From contig JAUCBJ010008389.1 in NCBI GenBank assembly GCA_032718475.1, positions 103,568 to 167,567 of the forward strand: DNA of 64,000 nucleotides, read 5' to 3'. The notes under the pieces are model-generated. The model ran no database searches and was not told the origin of the DNA. It saw only the letters and a program-made list of their open reading frames with translations. This document shows, piece after piece, positions 47,706 to 58,800 of this stretch (within the stretch, counting starts at the first letter, position 1; every line of letters begins with the position of its first letter). The stretch comes from Nemertoderma westbladi. Taxonomy: Eukaryota; Animalia; Xenacoelomorpha. Made by a program: the position numbers and the translations under genes.

Positions 47706-48203
47706 AGAGAGAGAGAGTGAGAGGTAAAAGGGGGTAAATAGGATATAGATATTAGTTAGTAGTAAGTAGAGTTAATAGCGAGAGGGGGGCATATGAGTAC
47801 AGCTGGATAAATCGTGCGGCCACACGACGCATACTGCTGTACTGCATGGGCCCACAGAGTAGGCCAGAATATGGATCAGAGAATAGAATAAATCCATAGG
47901 CAGTAGTAGGTAGTAGGACAGTAGGATCAAAACAAACAAATAAATAGAATAGGGCTAAAAATCGGAAAATAGTGGCAACACAAGGAAAGTCGTTCTAGAA
48001 CATAATAAAAGTAACGGACGGAAATTGTAAATTAGGCTGATTTACTAGCTCCGAAATTAATTAGGATAAATTTAGGCTAAAAGGTGCAATTAAGTAGAAA
48101 GTAGGCCATTATCGAACTGTACGAAACATCTTAAATACTTCACTCATCTGTATTGCGCCTTGGTAAGGCACCACCCTGCAGGTGAGCGAGTGTAGTGTTC
48201 GGA

Positions 48204-50738
48204 ATGGCGAGTAAGCTGATCAGGAAGAGAAAGGCGGAGTCAGGAGGAAAAGAAATACTGGTGGATTTCACCGAAAGACACCCGGAGGAGAAGACGAGAG
48301 GATACTACGAGAAGTTGGAAAGGGGTCACGCGGCACGAGCGCTGCAGGACCACTTCCGGGAGATGCACGAGCAGCGGCTGGTCGGGACCTACGGAACGCC
48401 GTCGCTGGACAACGCGATCTTCCAACACTTCCACTACGTGGTGAAAGGAGACGAGGCGAAGTTCGGGATTCCGAAGTATCCGAGGGAATCGCCGAGGAAG
48501 GACTGGAAAAGATTCATAGAGTCCGTCAACAGAGGAGGATATATGATCCTAGATGACGAGGGAACCGTGGAAGACGAAGCGGGTTCGAGACGAGGAACGG
48601 CAGGGTCGGCCAGGACCATACTCTTGCATTTGGCCGCGCCAAATGGGGACATCTTCTTATTCGACCTAGGGACGTATGGGAAGAGGGATGGGCCGAAATT
48701 AGACCGATTGCCGAAAGCGGTACAAGTATTAGTAAGAGAGAAGTCGACGACGAAAGTGGGATCGGCGATTCGCGAGGACGCGGAGAGGATCATTGGTCCG
48801 GACGCCACCAACCTCCTGGATATGCAGAAAGTCTTTATGGCTATGACGGCACCGGATGGATTGGGGGTGGTCGAGAACACAGGCCAATGCGGGGCGGTGG
48901 CGATGGGCCAATTATTGGGGCTCGTATGTCACAAACCGATGGACTGGGGAAAGTTTAGGGAAGAATACGGAGCAGAACTAGCGAACTTGCTGAAGTGGGG
49001 AGCGAGACCGGGAAAGCAGGAGGTATATCAGTTTCGCAGAGGAGCGATAAAGGTATATCAGAAGCGATATATCCTGCAGGAGGACTGGATGATGATAAGT
49101 TTGCTTAACTTATTCATGACCGTAGTTATCGAAAGGGAACCAGGGGCATTTCTGTTATCGGGATCACCCCTAAGCTACAGGAGAGCCTTTAAGACGGCCT
49201 TTGACGGTCTGGTAGACCACCCGGGGCTGAAGGGCGAGTCGGTGTACTACAACAGCCGACATCTGGTAGACGGGGAGACGGATACACCGTATCAGAGATG
49301 GGAGCAGCTAGAGGCGGACAGACGAGAAGCAAAGCGACTGGAAGAAGTCGCTAGACGGGAGAGGATAGAAGCAGAGGAGAGGGAAGAGGAGGCCGGGGCA
49401 CAGAGTTACGGCTTCGAGGAACAGGCGGGCCTAGACGAACTTCATTGGACTTCGTCAGGGAGTTCGGGGGAGTCTCTAGGGCGAGAATTGGGATGGACGG
49501 TGGGATCGCCGAAACAGTCGACGTCGGGGTTGCAAACGATGCCCATACCAGCGGGCGCCGAGGGCGACCAACCGCCAAGGAAGCTAAGGGAGCTAGAGGG
49601 ATGGAGAGCTACGGGCGAGAGCCAAGGCGGGAAGGGACATAGTGGATCCATCGGGATACCGGGGTTGGAAACACTACCAGAAGAGGAAGACGGCGACGAC
49701 GAGTTCGGAGAGATGCCGCCCATCGAGAGGATAGGCCACTCGGACACGGACTGGGTTGGCGGAAGGGTGGTGACAGCCAGTGGGGCGAGGGCCTTCTGGA
49801 ACAGATCCGGCAAGCGGACCTGGGTGCACGAGGAGCCAGCGATGGATTTCGCGGGGAGCACCATCAGGTTGGGCGAGCAACCGGGGACGGCACCACGGAT
49901 AGTATTCGGGGAGACGATGCCCGAGAGGGGCGGAGAGATCGACGTAAACAGGGAGAGCAATGTAGAGAAGTTCGCCTACCAGCGACTCCATAGACCGCGG
50001 AGATCGCTTGGGACGAAAGATGAGGTGGGACGGGAGACATTGGTACTCGGCTGCGACTACTGTGGGAGACAGACCCATCAAGAAAGCAGCTGCCTATACC
50101 GGTTCCAACGGGGGACCTTTTGTCTCTACTGTAGAGAACCAAGTCACAGGATGGGGGCGTGTCCACGGTTGCATAACCGATGTCCAAAGTGCCACTTTCG
50201 GGGACACTACGGACGCGAGTGCGACTGGATGAACGACGAGGAGAAGTTCACGAGGTTCGAGGAGTGGGCCGACGTCGGGGCCATGACGCGCCAGCGCATG
50301 AAGGCCCAAGAGTTCAAGTGGGGTTTCTTCCTCATAAACCAGGAGACCCACATGGAAATCATAAAGCGAAGGTTACCGTTTACCTATCAAGAGGTAGCAA
50401 CGGCGGCGTCGTTCGCCGGAGTTATGAACACGCAACGGTACCTGGACAGGTGGACACCAGAGAACCGGAGGGAGTTTAGGGATTTCTTGGCGGAACACGT
50501 ACCAAAGGCAATGAAAATGATCCTATGGGACGCCACACGAGGGAGACAACCAGGCCATTCTGAGGGGCCACCGGCGAAGCGGTATCGGGCATTAATAACA
50601 CCAGCGCCCAAGGAGCCGACGACCGGGATCAGCAAGGAAGTGGCGGCGAAGGTCCGGAAGCAGAAAGCGGATGATGCCAGAGGAGCGGTGATAACCAAGA
50701 AACGGGCCAGGGAAGAGGACGTGAGGAGGAACAGATAG
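48204..50738 (+). CDS. ORF3: DEDDy-like (RNase D/WRN/EXD/Mut-7 family) 3'-5' exonuclease plus three CCHC zinc knuckles
   Basis: ExoI ILDDEG; LLHLAAPNGDIFLFD; LPKAVQVLVREKSTTKVGSAIRED (ExoII); NLLDMQ; QKRYILQED (ExoIII-like). Knuckles CDYCGRQTHQESSC, CLYCREPSHRMGAC, CPKCHFRGHYGREC. First ATG at 48204. Confidence 0.8.
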   Translation: MASKLIRKRKAESGGKEILVDFTERHPEEKTRGYYEKLERGHAARALQDHFREMHEQRLVGTYGTPSLDNAIFQHFHYVVKGDEAKFGIPKYPRESPRKDWKRFIESVNRGGYMILDDEGTVEDEAGSRRGTAGSARTILLHLAAPNGDIFLFDLGTYGKRDGPKLDRLPKAVQVLVREKSTTKVGSAIREDAERIIGPDATNLLDMQKVFMAMTAPDGLGVVENTGQCGAVAMGQLLGLVCHKPMDWGKFREEYGAELANLLKWGARPGKQEVYQFRRGAIKVYQKRYILQEDWMMISLLNLFMTVVIEREPGAFLLSGSPLSYRRAFKTAFDGLVDHPGLKGESVYYNSRHLVDGETDTPYQRWEQLEADRREAKRLEEVARRERIEAEEREEEAGAQSYGFEEQAGLDELHWTSSGSSGESLGRELGWTVGSPKQSTSGLQTMPIPAGAEGDQPPRKLRELEGWRATGESQGGKGHSGSIGIPGLETLPEEEDGDDEFGEMPPIERIGHSDTDWVGGRVVTASGARAFWNRSGKRTWVHEEPAMDFAGSTIRLGEQPGTAPRIVFGETMPERGGEIDVNRESNVEKFAYQRLHRPRRSLGTKDEVGRETLVLGCDYCGRQTHQESSCLYRFQRGTFCLYCREPSHRMGACPRLHNRCPKCHFRGHYGRECDWMNDEEKFTRFEEWADVGAMTRQRMKAQEFKWGFFLINQETHMEIIKRRLPFTYQEVATAASFAGVMNTQRYLDRWTPENRREFRDFLAEHVPKAMKMILWDATRGRQPGHSEGPPAKRYRALITPAPKEPTTGISKEVAAKVRKQKADDARGAVITKKRAREEDVRRNR

Positions 50739-51458
50739 GTTCCCAGAGACGAGGGAACGAGGGAGTGAGACTGAGACTGGAAAGTGGTGCGCCTGGAAGG
50801 CGCCGCATGGAACGTACGAACTATTAAATACAAACTTAATTAATGCAAATAACATATAAGTGCAATTTGTATGTACGTACGTAGTGATTAGCAGTAAAAC
50901 ACACGATCGGAGTAAGTACTATAGTCATACAACCTTTCTCAATTAGCTACTGGGACTGGGGGATAACTGACTATGGCACTATGGACGAGACAACTGACAA
51001 TTTCACGCTTCTTGAGTGCGACGGCACGAGAGGGGGGGGGGAGGTTCGTCAGGAGAGCTAAAATAGTCAAAGTGGAGTTGAGGATCGGAGTAAGAGTGCG
51101 AAGTGCGGAGAGAGTGCGAACGCAATTCTAGTGTGGGGGGGGGGGGGGGAGAATGAGAGGCTGAGTGAGGGACGAGGAGGTCCGGGGGTATGAGAGAGTT
51201 AGGGTGAGAGTGAAGGTGAGATAGGGCGAAAATGTTGGGGAAACAAAAGTCGCGTGAAGAGGTGAGCGCGATCGGCCCGACATGAGACGCCAGGCACACA
51301 GGGTAGCGTTATCATACCCATAGGGGGCGGCCTGGAAAGCCGACCCCGGGAGAAAAGAATTCCACCCCACACCCGATACTAGATCGGGATCCAGCGGGAT
51401 TGTAACGCACTTTTTGGTTGATGCTATCTTCTTACCGGGAAGATAGCATGGGGGGGAG

Positions 51459-51999
51459 TGTTAGCTTATTCAATCCCGCCAACACCCCATAAAGTTATAA
51501 GCCGATAAGCAATATTGGGAGCCACGAGATTGGGCAATTAACCAACTCGTGCCATCCCAATAAGAGTGGGAAGGAAGCACACAATAGAGGGTCAGGGGCC
51601 AAACCCCTAACCCAGGGAGAACAGGTGGAGTGAACGGGAATACTCCACGGGGCGCCAACAAGGGTATTAACCAATCAGAGGGGGGGAATGGCATCGATTG
51701 AGTAGCAGTAAGGCCACCGTGCAATATAACCAATAACCTATTAATCAGTGATTCAGTTATCTCAGTGCAGCAGTGCTAGCGTAGGGTACAGTCAATTAGT
51801 TTAGTTAGGGGATCACGGGACTTTAGTTACCGTATCCCGCCTTGTACACATTATATCTATATCTATATCCTATGCCCTATTATTATTATACACCGAACTT
51901 CAGAACTCAGTCACTCTATTTCACCCTTATACACGGCGGGGACGCGTGGACTAAATTACCACATCGGATAAATCGGGATCCCTCCTGGATCCCGTCACA
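51459..51999 (+). repeat. 3' LTR of element 2
   Basis: Appears identical to 38510-39050. Confidence 0.96.
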
Positions 52000-53421
52000 A
52001 GAAGTTTGCTTACCAGCGGCTCCATAGACCGAGGAGGTCACTTGGGGCAAAGGACGACTTGGGGCGGGACGCATTGGTACGAGTCACAGGATGGGGGCGT
52101 GTCCACAGTTGCACAACCGGTGTTCTAAGTGCAACTTCCGGGGGCACTACGGACGCCAGTGCGACTGGATGGACGACGAGGAGAAGTTTAAGATCTTCGA
52201 GGAGTGGGCCGATGTCGGCGTCATGACGCGGCAGCGAATGAAGGCCAAGGAATTCCGGTGGGGTTTCTTTAATATTAACCAGGAGGCCCACCTGGAAATC
52301 ATCAAACGGAGACTTCCGTTTACTTATCAAGAAGTATCAACAGCGTCATCGTATGCTGGAGTGATGAATACACAGAGGTATTTAGATAGATGGGCGCCCG
52401 AGAACCGGGGAGAGTTCAGAGATTTCCTGGCGGAAAATGTGCCACGGGCCATGAAGGTGATCTTATGGGACGCCACTAGGGGAAAGCAGCAGGCGAAGCG
52501 AAGCGATACCGGGAGCTAATAACACCAGCGCCCAAGGAATCGACCACGGGAATCACTAGGGAAGTAACGGCAAGGATGAGGAACCTTAAGGAGGACAAGA
52601 GCAAGGGAGCGGCGACAACCAGGAAGCGACCGAGACAGGACGACGACAGAGGGAAGGAACTGAGATAGTTCCCAAAGGCAGGAGGAGCGAACTAGAACTT
52701 GGAGGGGGTATGTGGGGATGCCTGGGAAGGCACCACATGCGAAGTAATACGAACTTCTAAGTGCAAATTTAATAAAAGTGCAATTAGTATGTACGTATGT
52801 AGTAATCAATAGAATATAATCATATAATCAATATCCAATATAATCAAAGTAAGTAGTATAGTCATGTAACCTTTTCCAACTAGCTACTGGGACTGGGGTC
52901 CAATTGACTATAACAGGACGAGACACTAGACGATCACACTTCTTGAGTGCGACGGCGCGAAAGGGGAGGGTGAGGTTCGTCAGGAGTGAGTGGAGCGGAA
53001 CGAGTAGGGGTTGAGTACAGGAACGCAGGGGAGATAGTGAGAGGTGGTGTTGACGCATGTGGAGAGAATACGGGTGCAATTCAAATGGGGGGGGGGGGGG
53101 GGGGGTAAGAGGCAGAGTGAGGGACAAAGAGGTCCAAAAGTAGAGAGAAGTTAGAGTCAGTTTAGAGTAGAGTGGAGATTTAAAATTGTGTGAGAAGAGT
53201 CCACAATTGTCTCGAACCGAGACGCCAGATGTATTGGTGCGACATAGGTTGGGTTGCACCAAAAGGGGTGTAGTAACATCATCCCCAGAGGGAGCGGCCT
53301 GGAAAGAAACTCCAAGAAAAGAACTCCACCCCACACCCGATAGTAGATCGGGTTCCAGCGGAATTGAAGCGCACTTATGGGTGATGCTATCTTCTCACCG
53401 GGAAGATAGCATGGGGGGGAG

Positions 53422-54031
53422 TGTAAGCGGATTCAGTTCCGCTGCATTACCCTCATAAATGGGAAGTGGCACATTTTCAGTAATATGTCGGAGGTACGAG
53501 ATTGGTAATAACCAATCTCGTATCACAACCAATAACGGGGACAACACAAACCCCAAAGCCACACAAAGGGAGGTTAGAGGTCAAACCACCTCGGAAGGGA
53601 AAATAACCAACAGGGGGGGAAGCACTCCCAAAGAGGTGAGAGGCGTGAAGTAGGTTATCAGCCAATATGAGCGGGGGAGAGCATCCACTGGACAAAGGCC
53701 ACAATAGTGTAGAAATGATTACATATATATTGTCAATGTATAACATTACCGGCTCAGTTACTCAGTCATCAGTTCAGTGCAGACCGGTGATATTCTATAC
53801 CATCACCGTCACCAATACATATATTTACCGGTACAGCATCCATCATATATCAATGCTGCCTAACTGTAACTCTTACTGTGCTATCACACATGTATTCATT
53901 ATCCGAATATCAAGAAACATCAATTAACTCTTATCGTTTTACTGCAACGGCCTCGGCCTAGGTATCACCCAAAGGTAAACACGGTGACGCGTAATAGACA
54001 AATCCGGTCGGGATCCCTTGATCCCGTCACA
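53422..54031 (+). repeat. 3' LTR of element 3 (610 bp)
   Basis: Follows the PPT GGGGGGGAG; TG...CA ends; shares the terminal GATCCCGTCACA with the element 2 LTR. Confidence 0.85.
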
Positions 54032-55297
54032 TTGAATGCCGTCCCAATAGCAACAGGATCAAAAATCAGACAAAAAGATTGTCATTATTTCGTAAATGAA
54101 CTATATTGACTTTGTAGAAGATTTCAATCCATTATGTCATGCTGTTTTGCAGTTGCTATGCTTTAAATTAGAATTACGTGGTCCTTAGCAACTAGGTCGT
54201 TATTTTAAAAGGCCCAAAGTCAAAAATGTTTAATCTCCATGACCTTATTAAGTGGGACCAGCAGAACTCAAAACATCAAAAAATTGAATCCGTCCAAATA
54301 TTTTCGGCCCACCATTGTGGCTGCCGGACTATATACATTGACAAGACCATGGACTTCTAGAATTTATTAATCTATACCGGCACTGGAAATTGTTTATTCG
54401 GAAATACCAGTTGAGGCCTTCTTTCTGAATATTGCTAACAGTTATTTATTTTAGGAATCATCATATCTAAACCGCTACCATTTGAGTTTTTCTGAACGGC
54501 TTTTAATAAGTTATTTTGCATTAGATGCGCAGATTTCTCAGCTTTACTTATGTAGCGTAGGCCTGTGTATATAAAATAATAATTATATTTGTTAATAATA
54601 ATAATCAATTTGTATAGCGCCAAATTCACATTAGAATATGTTTTGTTTCTAGCCCCCCCCCCCCCCCCCCCCCCCCCTCACTCCTGCCCAAATAATTTCT
54701 GCGCCAGCTGTGGCTTTGTCGTGTTAAGTCTGAATAAACCATGGCGTGTCGTTGAATATTGTTTGAGTTTGAAAATGGAGTTCCAAATTTATTACCCCCC
54801 TCCACCTTATAATATTATCTGACATCTGATATTATCCATATGTTCCACTGCAACCTGCTCCTTTCCTTTAATTTGAAATTTAACATTGAGACGAGATTTT
54901 AATTTGTCGATAAGATATTATGTGTGTTTTCCCTTCTCTTCCTTAAACATATACTAGGCCTACTGAAGAAGGAATGCTGTACCCGTTTGTAAGAAACAGT
55001 ACGTTCTGTTATGTAGCAAACTAATCGCAAGAGGTGACGTCACTAACTACGAGCCAAATTATACCACTTTAACAACTGGTGATTTGAAATACCTTCATTA
55101 AACTAAACAATAATGCTTTTCTCCGAATATGACCTTAACGCATACATAACCAACCTGCCAATAAAAAAACACGATTGTGACGTAATTTTAGTGGAATTTT
55201 GATAATTACCGTTACCTGCCTAGGCCTACACACCCACCCATGCATATGCCTAAAGCACTATTTGTAAGGAGCAAGGAGATGGCTTGTGTAATGCATT

Positions 55298-55394
55298 AGC
55301 CAATCCCAATCACCTGGCAACGGCTGCTTTTGTGGGGCCCTCCGCCTATAATAAATTGCTATATAAGGTATTTATTCTCCATCTCATATCACTT
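55298..55394 (+). promoter_or_regulatory. Putative core promoter of gene copy 2
   Basis: Two CCAAT boxes at about 55300-55311, TATATAA at 55360 and an initiator-like TCACTT 29 bp later. Candidate non-coding exon donor AAG/GTTAGT at about 55494 and acceptor at 55804. Confidence 0.4.
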
Positions 55395-55816
55395 CGTTTC
55401 TCTAAGTTAAAAATATATTTACTCTTATGTTAACTTAATGTCTGATAGATAGAATAGTGATTACCAAATATCGAAATATCATCTTTCGTTCAAGGTTAGT
55501 AAGAAAAATAATGTTCTTTATCTTATAAAGATTGCAAAGCAGCATTGTCTTAAAGCAATTTAGTCGGACCTTTAATTCCAGTATTATAGGTCGCCTTGGA
55601 AGCACGAGGCACACAACAACAACTAAAATATAAATACAGTAGGCCTATATCAGATACCGGTAAGTTTCAAATAATCTGTACTCCGAATGAGATTTTAGTT
55701 TAATATAAGCTTCAAACAATCAACCGATTGAGTGAAGGTTTTATCAAAGTTTTTTTTATAGTATTACGTATATATATTATATTACGTATGATATTTTTTT
55801 CTAGTCAACCAACACA

Positions 55817-58800
55817 ATGAAACAAATACTAGCGGTTGTAGTTTTTTGCGGCCTTGTCAGTTTTTCGACTGCAGCGATCTCTATGGACGTTGAAAGCGAC
55901 GATGATCGGGTGAAAATTTGTTCAAAGGTGGATGGAGACGGGAGAGCCAAGTGTTTGGTGGCGAGGAAAAAGCCCGGGTCCGATAATAATGCGGCTGGGG
56001 GTCAAGGGAACAAAGGGGCTATTGTCATATTTGACAGAGAACAGGGACAGGAAAAGGTGAGTATTTTTTGCTTCAATTATTTGTCCACATAACACCGAGT
56101 GAGCTGGTACAGTAGGTCTACACTGTTTGTGTTGATTTCTATGTGCGAGACTGGAAGTTTTATTTTGTAAAATTTATTAATAATTACTTGTAGAAGTTTT
56201 TGTCACTATTCTCGAGGTATTTTATTTACCGAGCGTCAGCGAGATTAGATTTTTTCCATCTATGATTTTAGGCTCTTTCACTCTACAGGCGCCACTTTTT
56301 ATATGGACAACAACAGCGCTATTATACTTGGCTGACTTGGCGTACTTAATGGCTTGGTTTTGGGGGTGTACTGGTACTGTCTGGCATATTGGTTTGTTTT
56401 TTAGGTTGGGGTTTGTTGGTCAGGCACAAATCATAATTAAAGCAGTAATTTATCCCTAACCAAAATTCATAAGGTTCTAATCTACGAAACTGTGGAATTT
56501 CGGACTTTTTGCTATTGGCCCGAAGGGCCAATATTGATGTCCGAATAATTAGGGTTTGGGCCGCCACTAACCTGTTCGAGGCCCACGATGACCGTGAAAA
56601 CGCCCATGTGAAAAATACCAGGATTTCCATTTTCGGTCGACTTTTTATTGGAATTTTATAAATGAAGATTTTTTATTTTTTTTAATTTATCTTTATTAAG
56701 TGTTTTATAGCGCTAATTTCTGTCTTACAACCTGTACATTCGTTTATTTGTTTTGGTTTATAGATTCAGCCCTTCTGTAACCTGTGTTTTTGGTGAAAAC
56801 CTGGTATTCTTCACATGGGGTAACTGCAAAGTGAAATATAACGGCAGAAAGTCTGGTATTCTTCACATGGGCCCGTGAACAAGTGGCGCCTCTAGTGTGA
56901 TATCCCCGGATTTTAATTTAATACCTATTTGTTGCTTTCAATAATACACTTAACCGTGTATTACTGTAACACTTCAATTTTTTACTCTCGCAGGTTACAA
57001 AGTAATTCAGTACATTCAGTACATTAAACATTCTGTACTGTACATGTGATGTTGTGAAAGTTCCCAACCTAAATTACTGTGCGGTTTTTCAAATACTTGC
57101 TCGACTGCTATGTACTAACAGTACGTGTGGTGTGTGTTTACCATTAAGAGCTGAAACGTTGTAAAATGACACTAAAATAACCTACAGTAACTTACTAATG
57201 AAAGGTATTCATTATTATTTATTAGTAAAAATCGGTTTTACCGACGGTTTAAAAAGAGGTGCACATTCCCATTCATTTATGGGCTATTGAATTAAAACGC
57301 ATGTATGTATAACTGTAAATTAGAAGTAAAATTGCACAACAATAGGAGTACATAATAGTCCGAAAAACTCGATTAAACGCAGAAACGCCCATGTTTTGTT
57401 ATAAAACTCTGTTTGAGGCTATAGCAGACTTTTATGAACGTAGCCTGCTCTTTAGTTTTACAACTCGGATGTAGAGGTCGTAGGCGTTCTGTTAGATGTC
57501 CTCTATGGTAGCGGTAGTTCAGTAGAGACGATACTGACGGGAGTCCATGATCCAACGCTGCATATTTAATGCTGCTGTTGAGTCCCATGAACTTGGAAGT
57601 TGATCGCAGTAGCAATTAGTAGCTCTGAGTATGGTTCCAAGACAAGCCTTGACAGATTGCGTTGTGATCTGTGGTGTGTCAAAGAGAGTGTATAAACATT
57701 CGTTAGATACATAGTTGCCGACAAAGAGTAGGCCACGGAGTAGCTCTCTATAGTGGGCGTCAAGTCGCCCTTGGTCGTCGAAAGACATGCGCCTATGCTA
57801 AATCCTTGGGAGTGTAAGTAAGAGGGAACCTCGTATATATATTATGCAACATACACTAGCGTAGCGAGGGTAGGGTCCCAGGGTCCCGGGACCCTACCGT
57901 GGAGATTCCAACTTACACTACCTCTGAGAGCATTTTGCCATCGTCAAGTTCCGTTAAATTAAAAAAATTGTAATGACATAAATGCAATAAATCGAATATT
58001 ATACAAATTACGTTGTTCGAAGTTGAAGTTGCATTAGGCTGGCTGTTAGGAAGTCAGACCAGATACAATCCACATTATCCCAGGCATGTTGCCAAATAAA
58101 TTAAGTAGTATAAAGGAGACCATACCCCATCAAAGTGTTGTAGCCCCAGCCACAGCCACATAACCAATACCCTCCCTCCCTCAGGCACCCCTCCCATGAT
58201 AAAGCATCATATCATACAAACTTTTTAGAAAGCTAGCTTATTGCTTACATTATATCTCTCTACCAGTTGAATAGTCTGTAATGTAATGCAAGGGAATGGA
58301 GCCTAATTGACCACTGCAGGAGGGCGCCCACTGGCTCCTGCCTTGGTTACACTGCTTTGGTCACACAATCTCGCTGTGCCTTGCCTGTCAAGCTGGGTTC
58401 AATATAGGAAAGATAGCAAGATAGGCACTCTGATGTAATAAAGAAATGATGTAATATTATCTGGGCAAACTGACCAACGTGATTGGATATTGGATAGCGT
58501 GATTGGATATTGCTTAGCTTGTCTTGTCTGAGTCACAACCAGTTATAATACCCTTGTAAGACTTCATATTCAGATACTTCCTGTACATTTTACAGCTACA
58601 CCCTTTTATATTATTATCACAGTACTGCGGGTAGATTCGGGGGTGACTCTCTTTTATTAAATTTTTTATTTATTTTCTATTTATCATATCGCCTCGCCAC
58701 TTATATTATTAAACACAAACAGCAGGGTGGGCCTGGGTTTACTGCATACTGTACACCAATACGCAATACACGTAATTTATTGTATACAAATTCATGGAAA

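Larger units (their letters stand above)
38510..51999 (+). mobile_element. Full-length young Bel/Pao LTR retrotransposon (element 2, 13490 bp) with an extra ORF3
   Basis: 541-bp LTRs (TGTTAG...GTCACA) with no difference seen. 5-bp TSD AGAAG at 38505-38509 and 52000-52004. PPT GGGGGGGAG at 51450-51458. Domain order gag-PR-RT-RH-IN. Confidence 0.96.
37975..54031 (+). mobile_element. 5'-truncated sister Bel/Pao element 3 (ORF3 remnant at 37975-38509 and 52005-about 52660; 3' LTR 53422-54031), split by element 2
   Basis: Both flanks of element 2 are homologous to consecutive parts of element 2's own ORF3. It has the same pre-PPT hairpin and PPT, and its LTR reads TGTAAGCGG...GATCCCGTCACA. Confidence 0.88.

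Noticed and set aside
48195-50738. env gene
   Set aside because: No signal peptide, fusion peptide or transmembrane helix; exonuclease and knuckle motifs instead.
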